A stretch of DNA of 64,000 nt from an uncultured Gammaproteobacteria bacterium (lineage in GTDB: Bacteria; Patescibacteriota; Microgenomatia; JAMCZE01), in the NCBI GenBank assembly GCA_964609775.1, contig CAZSSJ010000001.1:22858-86857 (forward strand), read 5' to 3'. Below the pieces are notes generated by a model. It was not told the origin of the DNA. It saw only the letters and a list, made by a program, of their open reading frames with translations, and did not search any database. This document shows, piece after piece, positions 21,972 to 32,600 of the stretch. Position 1 is the stretch's first letter. Every line of letters begins with the position of its first letter. The position numbers and the translations under genes were made by a program.

Positions 21972-24900
21972 ATGAAACAAATTAGACGGATTAGACTAAT
22001 TGGTCTAATTAGGCCAATTTGGGCAAAAAAATTAGGGATTTTTTTGCTCTCGGCGACGATTATCGTCGCCGGACTGCTCGTTTTCTGGGTGAACAGGAAC
22101 GGGGGGAAGGTCGAGGCGGCGTGGTTTGATGATTCCTGGGGCTACCGGCAGATTATAACTCTCACCAATAACGGGTCGACGCAGACGGATTATCAGGTGC
22201 AGGTGGTGGTGGGGACGGGCGATCTTATTGCCGCGGGGAAGATGCAATCTGACTGCAATGATTTGCGGTTTACGGATCTTTCCGGAAAGGTCCTTTCCTA
22301 TTGGACGGAATATTGCCGGTCAGGGGCGGGGAAAAATTCCTCGGTTTGGGTGACGATTCCCACCCTGACAACGACACCGGCACCTATATATATGTATTAC
22401 GGAAACCCGTCTGCGGCAACGGCGAGCACGTTTCGGTCTTTGCCGACGGGGATTAATTTGGGGGATGGGGCCGATGGGGCGGCGACTGTTTCGGGGACGG
22501 TGAACTTTAATTCGACGACGATTTCCGGACGGACGGAGGCTGATGGAGTCAATCCGGCGTCAACGGTGCTGACGGCGCTGGGGAGCACGACGATTACGGC
22601 GACGGCTGCGGCGGGGCTTTCCGTCGGGGATGAGGTTTTGATTATTAATCTTCAGGGGACGACTTCTGATTACGGAAATGTGGGAAAGTATGAAACGGCA
22701 AGGGTGACGGCGATTAATGGAGCTGTTTTAACTCTTAACCATCCTCTTGTTAATGCCTATGATGGGACGACACAAAAAATCATGGTCCAGCGGGTGCCGA
22801 ACTATTCGAGCGTGACGGTGTGCACGGGCAGCGCCGATCCGGTGGCCGGGTGTGCTTCGGCAGGAACGTTGAATCCTGCATCGTGGTCGAGCGGAAACGG
22901 GACAGGAGGGGTGGTCATGCTACGGGCCACGGGGACGGTGAATGTGGCGGCGTCGGGGAGCATTTCTGGAGCAGGTTTAGGTTATGCGGGAGGGGCGGGA
23001 GGCCCGGCGGGAGCAAAGGGCGGATATGGGGGAGACAGCTATGATGGGGATAATCCGCGAGGCGGATGTGCGGATTCAAGCTGTACGGCCGGGGTGGGTG
23101 GCGGGAAATCTGGGTCGGCGACCGGAGCTTCGCCAAATAGCGGTGGAACCCGCGGTGGAGGCGGCGGAGGGGGATCTGACGGGGCGACTAACGGGACTGG
23201 CGGCGGGGCGGCCGGAGGCGGCGGGGGTTATGGCGGAGGCGGAGGCGGAGGCGGAGCCAATGGTGATGGCTATGTGGCTCTTCCAAGCACTGCGAATGGA
23301 GGAACGGGCGGAAGTGGAGGCTCAACAGGAACTTCTGCGGGTGGTGGAGGAGGGGGTTGCCGGGACAATGATGGTGATAACACAGCCGGGGCCAACGGGG
23401 GAAATGCCGGCAGTGCCGGGTCAAATGGTAGTGCGAGCTGTTCGGGGACGGCAGGCACGGGGGGCGAAGTAGGGTCGGGAGCAACGAGCGGAAGCGGGGG
23501 CGGAGGGGCTGGAGGAGGTCTTGGTTCGGGCGGCGGGGGCGGAGGCGGAGGAACGTATGGCACGGCGGCTTTGACGACAATTTTTTTGGGAAGCGGCGGC
23601 GGGGGCGGTGGAGGGACAACAGCAGGAGTGGACTTTGCCGGAGCAGCCGGGGCGGCAGGCGGAGGAATCGTTTACATCAGTGCCGGGACAGTGACAGTCG
23701 CCGGGGCAGCTTCGGCCAACGGAGCCGATGGGACCACTCCTGACGCGCAAACTGGCAGTGGGGGGGCCGGGGCCGGAGGATCAGTTTTTATTTCAGGAGC
23801 CACAGTGACGCTGGGGAGCAGCTTAGTTTCAGCAACCGGAGGAGCTGCAGGTGCAGCTGATCAGGCAATCGCCGGATCCGGCGGAGGCGGAGTAGGACGG
23901 ATTGCGGTGAATTATTCAACGAGCACCGGTTCGACTAATCCTTCAGCTGGATCCACCTCCACATTGCCGGTCGCCGGGTCGCCATCGACGGAAGAAAAAG
24001 GCAACGGGCCGGTGGCTTTCTGGCACCTTGACGACGGCCAGGGAACAGTAGCCCAAGATTCAACGACGAATGGAAATGCTGGGACACTTTCGGGAACAAC
24101 TCTGCCCAGCTGGCAGACGGAGGACTTGTGCGTTTCGGGCAAGTGTCTCTATTTTAATGGGATTACTTCCAATGTGACGGCGGGGACAGTGAATGCGGTG
24201 CAAACCGTGTCTTTCTGGGTCAGGCCGGCGAGTGTTTCGGCCTCACTGGTGCAGTTGGCAAGCGGGGTCGATGTTAAAGCGGCTTCAGGAGTAGTCGGGA
24301 CTGACGGCTTTACTGCACCGACGATCTATGTCAACGGGGCCAAGGTGACAGGCAGCTCGGCGACGCCGTTTGCAGCCAGTCAATGGAATTTTGTGACGGT
24401 GACGACGGGGACAGGGATTACAGCAAATGCCATTACCTTGGGGAAAATGCAGACGGGAGTGTTAAACGGGTTTTTGGATGAAGTGAAACTCTATCACTAT
24501 GCCCGGAGTGCGGCGCAGGTGAAGGCAGATTATGCCAATTCGGGAATTAATAAAGGGACGGGAAGTGTTCTGGGGGCGGATCCGGATCAAGTGAATCGGA
24601 CGTTATCAAATGGGCTAGTTGGGTATTGGAAGATGGATGAAAGCGGGGCTGGTAGCTGCACAGGCGGAGCCAATGACAGCTGCGATTCATCCGGCAACGG
24701 CAATGACGGCAACTGGGTTAATCAAGCAGCGAACACGGGAGGAAAGTTCGGTAATGGAGTTATCTTTGACGGCGTCAATGACACGGTCGATGTGGCCCAA
24801 TCCAGCAGTCTTAATGGAGTAACCGATGACATTACCGTCTCGGCCTGGATCAAAACCACCGCTACAGGCGGGGGTCTGACCGACAATACATTTATCAGCA

Positions 24901-27900
24901 AAGAGACAGCGGGTTGCGGTTCAGGCTATAGCGACTGGTTTATCCATTTATTAAACGGCACCGTCAAGTTCTGGACATCCGGATCAGAGTGTACGGCCGT
25001 GGCATCCAATGCCACAGTCAATGACGGCAGTTGGCATCTCGTGACCGTGACACGAAAAAGATCAGACGGCAATCATATTATCTATATTGACGGGCAGTAT
25101 GATACTTCAAAAATCGGAAATACCGGTTCAATCGGCAACGCGGAAGATCTTTATTTCGGAACCATAAACGGAACGGCATCAGACTATACCGGTAGTCTCG
25201 ACGAAGTCCGGATCTATAACCGTGTCCTGTCTCCTGCCGAAGTCTCCATTCTTTACCAGTTTGCCGCCGGGCCGGTGGGGTATTGGAAGATGGAGGAAGG
25301 GGCGGGAACAACGGCCGCGGATTCCAGCGGCAATGGCTATACCACGGCGGCATTTACGGGAAACACCGCTTGGACAGCGGGGAAATTTGGCAAAGGGCTG
25401 ACCTTTGACGGAGACGGAGATTACGCCAGCATTACGGATGCTTCCGGAGTAAAGATTGATCTTGGGGCAACGACCGATTCATATACAGTCTCCGGGTGGG
25501 CAAAGACGTCGACCGATGGTTCGGGTAATGCCACGATCGTGGAGAAAAATGATGGATCTGGAGCCTATCCGTTTAGCTTGTATCTGAATTCTTCGGAACA
25601 TGCCTGTTTTCAGATTTCCGACGGGACCAATGCGCCTTCGGCCTGCGGATCGACGGCTTTGAGTGATGGCGCTTGGCATTATCTCACGGGCGTGCGGGAT
25701 GTTGGAGCAGACAAGGTCTATATTTATGTTGACGGGGTGCAGATCAATTCGGCGACGGATTCGACCACGGCCACAGCGGCCAATGGCGATGACACATCAA
25801 TCGGAAACGGCGGAACCTCTTATACAACGAATGATTTTACCGGACAAATTGACGAGGTGAGGATTTACAACTATTCGCGCAGCCCAAAACAAATTATAGA
25901 AGACTTAAATGTCGGGCACCCGACTGGGGGAAGTCCAATCGGCACAGCACATGGCTACTGGAAATTTGATGATGGGCGGGGAACGACAGCTTATGATTCC
26001 GGGGCCAGCCCGAATAATGGAGTTCTAACCAGTATGAACTTAGTGACCTCAGTTGGTATTTCCGGCTGGAACCCGAATGGGAAGTTTAATAAGGCATTAT
26101 CGTTTGACGGGAGCAATGATAACGTGGACTTCGGGGATCTTTCCTACACTGAAGGTGCTTCCAGTTTAAGCTGGAGTTTTTGGGTTAATCCGAATTCGGT
26201 CGCGGCGACGAAGTGTTTGTGGTGTAAATATAATAATGCGGCAACAGAGCGGTCGTGGGCGATTGAAAGCGGAACAACTAATGCTTCGGCGATTAGGGCC
26301 ACGCTGCCAACGAGCACGACGGAAGCGGATGGCACAACATACGGAGAAACACCGACCGGACAACTTAGTGTCGGAGTTTGGACCCACGTGGCAGTGGTCT
26401 ATGACGGAAATGCTTCAGGTAATTTGAACCGGCTGAAGATATATATTAATGGTGTTAAGCAGAATCTGGCTTTTGCCGGGACGATTCCGGCAACGACTCA
26501 GGCCACCACTTCCACGGCTAACGCTGGCGAAAGCTCCGATGGAGCCAGAAATTTTTCAGGCACACTTGATGAGATGAAGATCTACGGCGGGGCGCTGACA
26601 GAGGCTGAAGTGAAGTTGGATTATAACCGAGGGTCGGCAATTTCTTTGGGAGTTTTGGGAACTTCGACGGCCGACGGGAAGACCGCGTCAAGTTCGGCTG
26701 GGTCGGCTTATTGCCTGCCGGGAGATACCACAACGTGTAACCCGCCGGTGGCGGAGTGGCCTTATGAAGAAGGCCAGGGGACGAGCGTGGCTGACACGAG
26801 CGGAAACAACAACACGATGACTCTAAGCGCCGCCAGTCAATGGACGCATGGAGTCATCGGTCGCGGCATCACCTTCAACGGCACGAGCGACACGGCTGAT
26901 TACGGAGATGTGAATAATAAATTTGACAGCGTGACCAAGCTCACGGTGACGGCTTGGTTTAAGAAACCAAGCGTCGGGGGAAAAGTTTATATTGCCACGA
27001 AGGGCAGCGGCGCCAACGCGACACGTTTTGAACTGTCGGCTTTAACTGATGGTTTGATCTATTTTGTTGTCAGAAACGGGGTGTTATCGACAGCGTCCAC
27101 ATATAGCAATGACACGAATTGGCACCATGTGGCGCTGGTTTTTGATGGGACCCAAACGGGCAATGCCAATCGGTTGAAGGGGTTTATTGATGGCACGGCG
27201 CGCGCTCTGACTTTCTCAAACACTGTTCCGAGCTCGACGGGAAACTATGGCACCGCGAAGCTTTATTCCGGCTATCATGAATGGTTTAACCTGTATTCGG
27301 CCGGATATGTTGACCAGATGCGGGTTTTTGATTACCCCTTGACAGCGGCTCAAGTGGCCAACAACTATAACCGCGGCCTGCCTGCATCCTGGTGGAAGTT
27401 TGATGAGTGTCAGGGAACGGTAGCCAATGACTCAATCGCAACCATATCGGGTACGCTAAACGGTGGGACACCGGGAGACTGTAATACCGCAAGTACTGCC
27501 TGGGCCAATGGAAAAACAGGAAAGTTTAATTACTCATTAAAATTTGGCACTACACCCGATCTTACTACAGTGACTTCGACCAGTACGTATCCTTTTAGCC
27601 AAGTCAGCAGCCCTCCGGTATCATGGGGCGGATGGTTTTATCCGACTAGTTCGGTAAACAGTCAGGCATTTATCGATAAAAAGGATCAATTCCGGCTTTA
27701 CACCGACGGATCCGGAAATGCAATCTGCGGGGTGGCAACGGCTGCCGGATCCTACACCGATGCCTCATCGGTGACAGCTCCGATAACCTTAAATACCTGG
27801 AATCATGTACTTTGCACTTATGATGGTACCACTAGCTTGAAAACCTATGTAAATGGAATATTAAAAAATACTTCAACCATCTCTGTCGATATGTTTCTCA

Positions 27901-28067
27901 CGACAACCACATTGTATGTAGGCCAACTCAATGACGCTTCTAACCAGTTTACAGGCCAGGCAGATGATATAAAAATATGGGCATATTCTTTGACTGCTTA
28001 CCAGGTGCGGATGGAGTTTAACCAAAGCAGTGCTGTTAGGTTTGGGCCTAGTTCCGGGGCTCCCTGA
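21972..28067 (+). CDS. DUF2341-domain protein with an N-terminal signal anchor, a long Gly-rich low-complexity region and multiple concanavalin-A-like/LamG (Laminin_G_3-type) domains. The ORF is open from GTG at 21951; ATG at 21972 is the likely start.
   Basis: N-terminal W.YR..I......DYQV.V......D.RFTD..G..LSYW.E......WV.IP.L.....IYMYYGN (DUF2341 signature). Repeated ...DGSWHHV...GSLDEVRIYNR.LS..E... modules, each preceded by WK.DEG.G lectin-type motifs. Confidence 0.75.
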   Translation: MKQIRRIRLIGLIRPIWAKKLGIFLLSATIIVAGLLVFWVNRNGGKVEAAWFDDSWGYRQIITLTNNGSTQTDYQVQVVVGTGDLIAAGKMQSDCNDLRFTDLSGKVLSYWTEYCRSGAGKNSSVWVTIPTLTTTPAPIYMYYGNPSAATASTFRSLPTGINLGDGADGAATVSGTVNFNSTTISGRTEADGVNPASTVLTALGSTTITATAAAGLSVGDEVLIINLQGTTSDYGNVGKYETARVTAINGAVLTLNHPLVNAYDGTTQKIMVQRVPNYSSVTVCTGSADPVAGCASAGTLNPASWSSGNGTGGVVMLRATGTVNVAASGSISGAGLGYAGGAGGPAGAKGGYGGDSYDGDNPRGGCADSSCTAGVGGGKSGSATGASPNSGGTRGGGGGGGSDGATNGTGGGAAGGGGGYGGGGGGGGANGDGYVALPSTANGGTGGSGGSTGTSAGGGGGGCRDNDGDNTAGANGGNAGSAGSNGSASCSGTAGTGGEVGSGATSGSGGGGAGGGLGSGGGGGGGGTYGTAALTTIFLGSGGGGGGGTTAGVDFAGAAGAAGGGIVYISAGTVTVAGAASANGADGTTPDAQTGSGGAGAGGSVFISGATVTLGSSLVSATGGAAGAADQAIAGSGGGGVGRIAVNYSTSTGSTNPSAGSTSTLPVAGSPSTEEKGNGPVAFWHLDDGQGTVAQDSTTNGNAGTLSGTTLPSWQTEDLCVSGKCLYFNGITSNVTAGTVNAVQTVSFWVRPASVSASLVQLASGVDVKAASGVVGTDGFTAPTIYVNGAKVTGSSATPFAASQWNFVTVTTGTGITANAITLGKMQTGVLNGFLDEVKLYHYARSAAQVKADYANSGINKGTGSVLGADPDQVNRTLSNGLVGYWKMDESGAGSCTGGANDSCDSSGNGNDGNWVNQAANTGGKFGNGVIFDGVNDTVDVAQSSSLNGVTDDITVSAWIKTTATGGGLTDNTFISKETAGCGSGYSDWFIHLLNGTVKFWTSGSECTAVASNATVNDGSWHLVTVTRKRSDGNHIIYIDGQYDTSKIGNTGSIGNAEDLYFGTINGTASDYTGSLDEVRIYNRVLSPAEVSILYQFAAGPVGYWKMEEGAGTTAADSSGNGYTTAAFTGNTAWTAGKFGKGLTFDGDGDYASITDASGVKIDLGATTDSYTVSGWAKTSTDGSGNATIVEKNDGSGAYPFSLYLNSSEHACFQISDGTNAPSACGSTALSDGAWHYLTGVRDVGADKVYIYVDGVQINSATDSTTATAANGDDTSIGNGGTSYTTNDFTGQIDEVRIYNYSRSPKQIIEDLNVGHPTGGSPIGTAHGYWKFDDGRGTTAYDSGASPNNGVLTSMNLVTSVGISGWNPNGKFNKALSFDGSNDNVDFGDLSYTEGASSLSWSFWVNPNSVAATKCLWCKYNNAATERSWAIESGTTNASAIRATLPTSTTEADGTTYGETPTGQLSVGVWTHVAVVYDGNASGNLNRLKIYINGVKQNLAFAGTIPATTQATTSTANAGESSDGARNFSGTLDEMKIYGGALTEAEVKLDYNRGSAISLGVLGTSTADGKTASSSAGSAYCLPGDTTTCNPPVAEWPYEEGQGTSVADTSGNNNTMTLSAASQWTHGVIGRGITFNGTSDTADYGDVNNKFDSVTKLTVTAWFKKPSVGGKVYIATKGSGANATRFELSALTDGLIYFVVRNGVLSTASTYSNDTNWHHVALVFDGTQTGNANRLKGFIDGTARALTFSNTVPSSTGNYGTAKLYSGYHEWFNLYSAGYVDQMRVFDYPLTAAQVANNYNRGLPASWWKFDECQGTVANDSIATISGTLNGGTPGDCNTASTAWANGKTGKFNYSLKFGTTPDLTTVTSTSTYPFSQVSSPPVSWGGWFYPTSSVNSQAFIDKKDQFRLYTDGSGNAICGVATAAGSYTDASSVTAPITLNTWNHVLCTYDGTTSLKTYVNGILKNTSTISVDMFLTTTTLYVGQLNDASNQFTGQADDIKIWAYSLTAYQVRMEFNQSSAVRFGPSSGAP

Positions 28068-28104
28068 CCATAGTGAAAGCGAGCTTTGGTTGCGGTCCTC
28101 GCAC

Positions 28105-28201
28105 GCTCGACAGCTGAGGGTGAATGTTGTTTTCAGCTCGCGGCTGCGGGCCTAAACCAAGGAAGCGCAGTTAGATTTGGACCCAATACGGGGGCGCCTT
28201 A
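28105..28201 (+). pseudogene. Orphan 3'-terminal remnant duplicating the last ~30 codons of the upstream LamG gene (…ECCFQLAAAGLNQGSAVRFGPNTGAP*)
   Basis: Translation in frame gives NQGSAVRFGPNTGAP-stop, against NQSSAVRFGPSSGAP-stop at 28020..28067. Confidence 0.6.
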
Positions 28202-29320
28202 AGTTAGAAATTCAGAAAAGTTTTCTTTGGTGACCGGGGTCCAGGTGGAGTTAGGATAGGTTTGACGCCAGGTCACTGGAGGAGAGTTTCTGCTCTTTTG
28301 CCATTTGATTTCAAAGGCGTTAAGAGTTCCTTGGGATTCTTCAATATAGTCGATTTCTTGTTTAGACCAGGTTCTCCAGAAATAAGTGTTTGGGGTTAAA
28401 CCGAGATTGCCGTTTCTTTTGAATCTTTCGGTGATAAGGAAATTTTCCCAGAGGGCGCCAGTATCGGAGCGCAGTGCAAGAGGGTTAAAGTTGTTGATGA
28501 TTGCATTTCTGATGCCGGTGTCCCAGAAGTATATCTTCCGAGATTTGTTAATTTCTTTTCTTAGGTTCCTTGAGAGTGGAGGAAGACGGAATATCACAAA
28601 AGCCAACTCAAGAAGTCTCGTGTAGGAAGAGATAGTTTCCTTGTCTACCTCGAGAAGGTTGGCCAGCTCGGTGAAATGGACCTCGCTGCCAATTTGGAGA
28701 GCGAGGGCTTGCAGAAGCTTTTCTAAAAGCTCTGGTGCTTTTAGTTGACGGTATTCTAAGGAATCTTTATAAAGGTAGTTTTTGTAGATCGATTTGATGG
28801 TTTCCTCGGCGGACTGCCCTCCCAGGCTGACAATTTCCGGGTAGGAACCATAGATCATTCTTGTTTCTAGAAGTCTAGCTGTTTCGATTTGGTCAGGATA
28901 GATTTCGGCCAGTGAGAGCGGGCTGAGGATAAACTCATAAGTGCGGCCGGTTAAGGGCTCCTTAATTTTATTGGAAAGATCGAAAGAGCTGCTACCCGTG
29001 GCAATTACTTGCAGCTTGGGGGCGTTATCGACAAGGAGTTTGAGGGTTAGTCCGATGTTTAGCACTCTTTGGGCTTCGTCGATGATGACGAGTTTGTTTT
29101 TGCCGATTAAGCTTTTGAGTTCAGAGGAGGTTTTGTCCGTGAGAGCTCTTCTTACATCTGGTTCGTCACAGTTTAAATAAGAACTTTCTTCGGGGAATTT
29201 CTTCTTAATCTCTTGGACTAGAGTGGTTTTGCCCACCCGTCGCGGGCCGTAAATTATGATTACCTTTCCTCTAAAGAGGTGGTCTTCAATTCGTGGCTGG
29301 ATTGATCTCTTAAATAGCAT
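28199..29320 (-). CDS. AAA+ ATPase of the AAA_14 + DUF4143 family
   Basis: Walker A GPRRVGKTTL and Walker B VIIDEAQ; 373 aa; own TTGACA-17-TAGTAAT promoter and AGGAGA RBS upstream (about 29330..29370). Confidence 0.8.
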   Translation of the reverse strand: MLFKRSIQPRIEDHLFRGKVIIIYGPRRVGKTTLVQEIKKKFPEESSYLNCDEPDVRRALTDKTSSELKSLIGKNKLVIIDEAQRVLNIGLTLKLLVDNAPKLQVIATGSSSFDLSNKIKEPLTGRTYEFILSPLSLAEIYPDQIETARLLETRMIYGSYPEIVSLGGQSAEETIKSIYKNYLYKDSLEYRQLKAPELLEKLLQALALQIGSEVHFTELANLLEVDKETISSYTRLLELAFVIFRLPPLSRNLRKEINKSRKIYFWDTGIRNAIINNFNPLALRSDTGALWENFLITERFKRNGNLGLTPNTYFWRTWSKQEIDYIEESQGTLNAFEIKWQKSRNSPPVTWRQTYPNSTWTPVTKENFSEFLT

Positions 29321-29424
29321 GATTTCGGTGGTTTTACTCTCCTAAATTACTATAATTTAGGCGGTTTGTCAAGGACCAAGAAAGTCTCGCCTTGGTCCTG
29401 CTCCAGAGGTGAAGGTGTGGAACT

Positions 29425-29508
29425 ATGCCTTGACCCCATATCAAGTGAGGACTGAATATAACCAATCGGGTGCAGTGAGATTTGGCCCAACAACTGGTGC
29501 TCCCTAGA
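29425..29508 (+). pseudogene. Second orphan 3' remnant of a LamG-type gene (VWNYALTPYQVRTEYNQSGAVRFGPTTGAP*)
   Basis: In-frame translation matches the C-terminus …IKIWAYSLTAYQVRMEFNQSSAVRFGPSSGAP* of the 21972..28067 product. Confidence 0.6.
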
Positions 29509-29618
29509 TTGTTGGGATGCCTTTCCTGAGGGGTGGTCTCGGGAAGAAATTTTTCTCTCTTGACAGGGCTAGTTGGGCCTGTCATTCTTAATTAAATAAG
29601 CAGCCTGGAGTTGTTCTC

Positions 29619-32600
29619 TTGAAAAAACATCTAAGCTTAATCATCTTCTTTGTCTTCATCTTTTCAGGCTTTTTCGTGTTTGCGCCGGCGCCGCTTTGGG
29701 CTTCCGGGGCGACCTATTATGTGGCGACTTCCGGCAGTGACACTAATTCCGGCACGCAAAGTGCGCCCTGGGCCACGCTCCAAAAAGCCCTCGGGAGCAT
29801 TTCCTCCGGCGACATGGTCATCATCCGCGGAGGCATCTATCGTCAGCCCGGCAGCATGATTGGCTACCCCTACAAATCCTTCGGCCCAGCCGGAACGGCG
29901 GGCAATTTGACCACCTTCAAATCTTATCCCGGAGAACGAGTTATCATCACCGGTCCAAACAACGACCTTATCCAAATTGCCGTTGCCGACTATGTTCGGA
30001 TTGACAGCCTCTGGTTTGGCGGGGATTATGTCACCGGTATCAAAGGTCCGGTGTTTCAAATTTCCGGCGTCGGCAAAGAAATTGTCAACAACACCTTTTT
30101 CAATTGGCCCTCGGGCCCGCTGATGGGTTGGGGAGAAAACGTCCTTTTTCAAGGAAATCGGCTCGTCAACACCGGCCGGGATGTGCACACCGCGGGAACC
30201 TATTTCTCTTCGGGATATGCGACTGACGGAAAGTTGTCTAATCACATCATTGCTGACCACAACATCTACATTGGCAACAACATTTCCGCCGGTTATGGCT
30301 TCCAGTTTTGGCATGGCGGCAAGTCCATGATCGCGACCCGAAACTTTGTGGCCGGTCATTCCTGGGGGAGCGCCATAGACGGAGACAGCCAGCTGTGGGC
30401 TAATAATTTTTATTGGAAGCAAACCGGAAAAGATTCAGACATTGACACCGTCATTAATCCCTATGGTCCTCTGTCCGGTGGTTCTAATCAAAAGTATATC
30501 AATAATATCTTTGGGCCCTCCGCCTGGTTTTATTATGCTAACGCCTGGAAAGCCACTCAGGCAGAAATCGATACCAAACTATCTAATAATGCTTTCACTG
30601 ACGATCCCTCCTATCTGCCGGGATCCGGTGGTCCCACCTGTAAAAAGCCCTGCGGAGTAAGTCCATACGTCTTTCATCAAGGGCAAGAAAGTGCGGAAAT
30701 TGGTATCAGTGCGGCAGCTCTGGATAAGGCAGTTGGGACAATCAGTCAGGCTTTTCTAAACCCGCTGGACACTATCTATAGCGACACCACGGTTGAATCA
30801 AGTTTTCAACAGATTCGCTCGGCGCAAGTTCCAACCACGAGCCCCCTATACCGTAAAGGACTGCCTTGGTTCGGACAAGCCATCGACATTGGCTGGAACG
30901 TTCCGGCGCCAGCCTCCGTTTGCGACTATTGGGCCGCTTTCACCAAGCTTGGTCTCAAGCACTATGATAAATACGGTAGTGTTCTTCCTGACTATTCCTG
31001 CACTAGTCCTACACCACCTCCGCCGCCACCGCCACCACCGCCGCCGTCGACAGTGACGGGCGACGTTAATGGTGACGGCAAGGTTGATTTTGCCGACCTC
31101 CAAGCCCTGCTCTTAAACATCCTGGGGACAGTCACGGCGCAACTTGATCTCATTGTCGATGGCAAAATTAATTCGTTGGACTTTGCCGTTTCCTCGGGAG
31201 AAATCATTAATGCTAATCCGCCGCCGCCCGGCGACACTCAAGCTCCAGTCACTGTCATCACCGCGCCAGCTGGTGGTCAAACGGTCAGTGGGACTTTTTC
31301 CGTCGTGGCGAGCGCGACGGATAACGTCGGGGTGACAAAAGTGGAGTTCTATATTGACGGGGCGATTAAAAACACTGACACGGGTGTTCCCTACGGATTT
31401 AATCTGGACACGACCCAACTGACTAATGCCGCGCACACGGTTTATTCCAAGGCCTATGACGCTGCCGGCAACGTAGGGAGCTCATCAAGCATCACTTTCA
31501 CGGTCAGCAACACCGCCCCGCCGCCCCAAACCATGACTTTGAATTTGTCCTCGTATTTTGGCGGCTCGGGTGAAGACAGTGCTCGCGACGTGGTCACCGA
31601 TTCCCAAGGCAATGCCTACGTGGTGGGCGGCCTGGGATCAGCAACGATCCAGACAACCCAAACTTTTAAAAAAACCGGTACCTGCGCTGTTTCCTGGACG
31701 GGTAACGGCGGCAAGGACATGGACGCCTATGTCATGAAAATCAGCCCGACTAACCAGCTTGTCTGGTCAACCAGGATCGGCGGGCCGTGCTATGACCGGT
31801 CGTATGGCGTGGAGCTCGATTCCTCGGGAAACATCTACTTGACCGGCCGGGCCGGGCCGAATTTCCCCACGACCAGCGGGACTTTCCAGCCGGGTTTCTA
31901 CGGCTTTAATTCCGGCAGCGCCTATGGTGAGCAGAACGCTTTTGTGGCCAAAGTTTCCCCAACGGGAGCTCTTGTTTGGGCGAGCTACGTCGGCTCGACA
32001 GACGGCAACCGGGACATCGCCGTTGACGGCAGTGGGGATGTCTATATTGGCACCGGCTTTAATTCGGCGACGCAAAAGCCACTAAGCGGGCTTGCCTGGT
32101 TTAGCTCGGCCATTAGCAAGGCTTTTCAAGTGGTGAACAATCGCGGTTTTGAGGGCTTGATTGTCAAAATTAAGTCTGACGGGTCGCAGGTGGTGTGGGC
32201 CAGTTTCTACGGCGGCACGGGTAATGAGGGAGCCACGCCGTCAATCAGAGTGGATAGGAACGGCTACGTTTATTACCTCACCAACACAACTTCGACTAAT
32301 CTGCCCGTAAAAAACGCTTTCAAATCGACTCTCGGGGGGACGATCGACATGGCCCTCGTTAAATTCCATTTTGACTCGGGGGTGGGGAAACTGGTCACCG
32401 ACTATTCGACCTATTTTGGCGGCAGTGATGTCGAGTTTACCGAAACCCACGGTCTGGCCGTGGACGTATCGGGAAACGCCTATATAGCCGCGACCACCAA
32501 ATCTACGAACCTGACGACGACCACGGGGGCTTACCAACGAACCTATGGCGGCTCAGGGGGAAGCGGAAACTATCCGGGGGACGGCTTTGTGGCGAAATTT

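Noticed and set aside
23188-23750. Pro/Arg-rich antisense ORFs (143, 97, 109 aa) over the Gly-rich region of the LamG gene
   Set aside because: They are the reverse complement of GGN-rich codons, which gives CCN/Pro runs. They are not independent genes.
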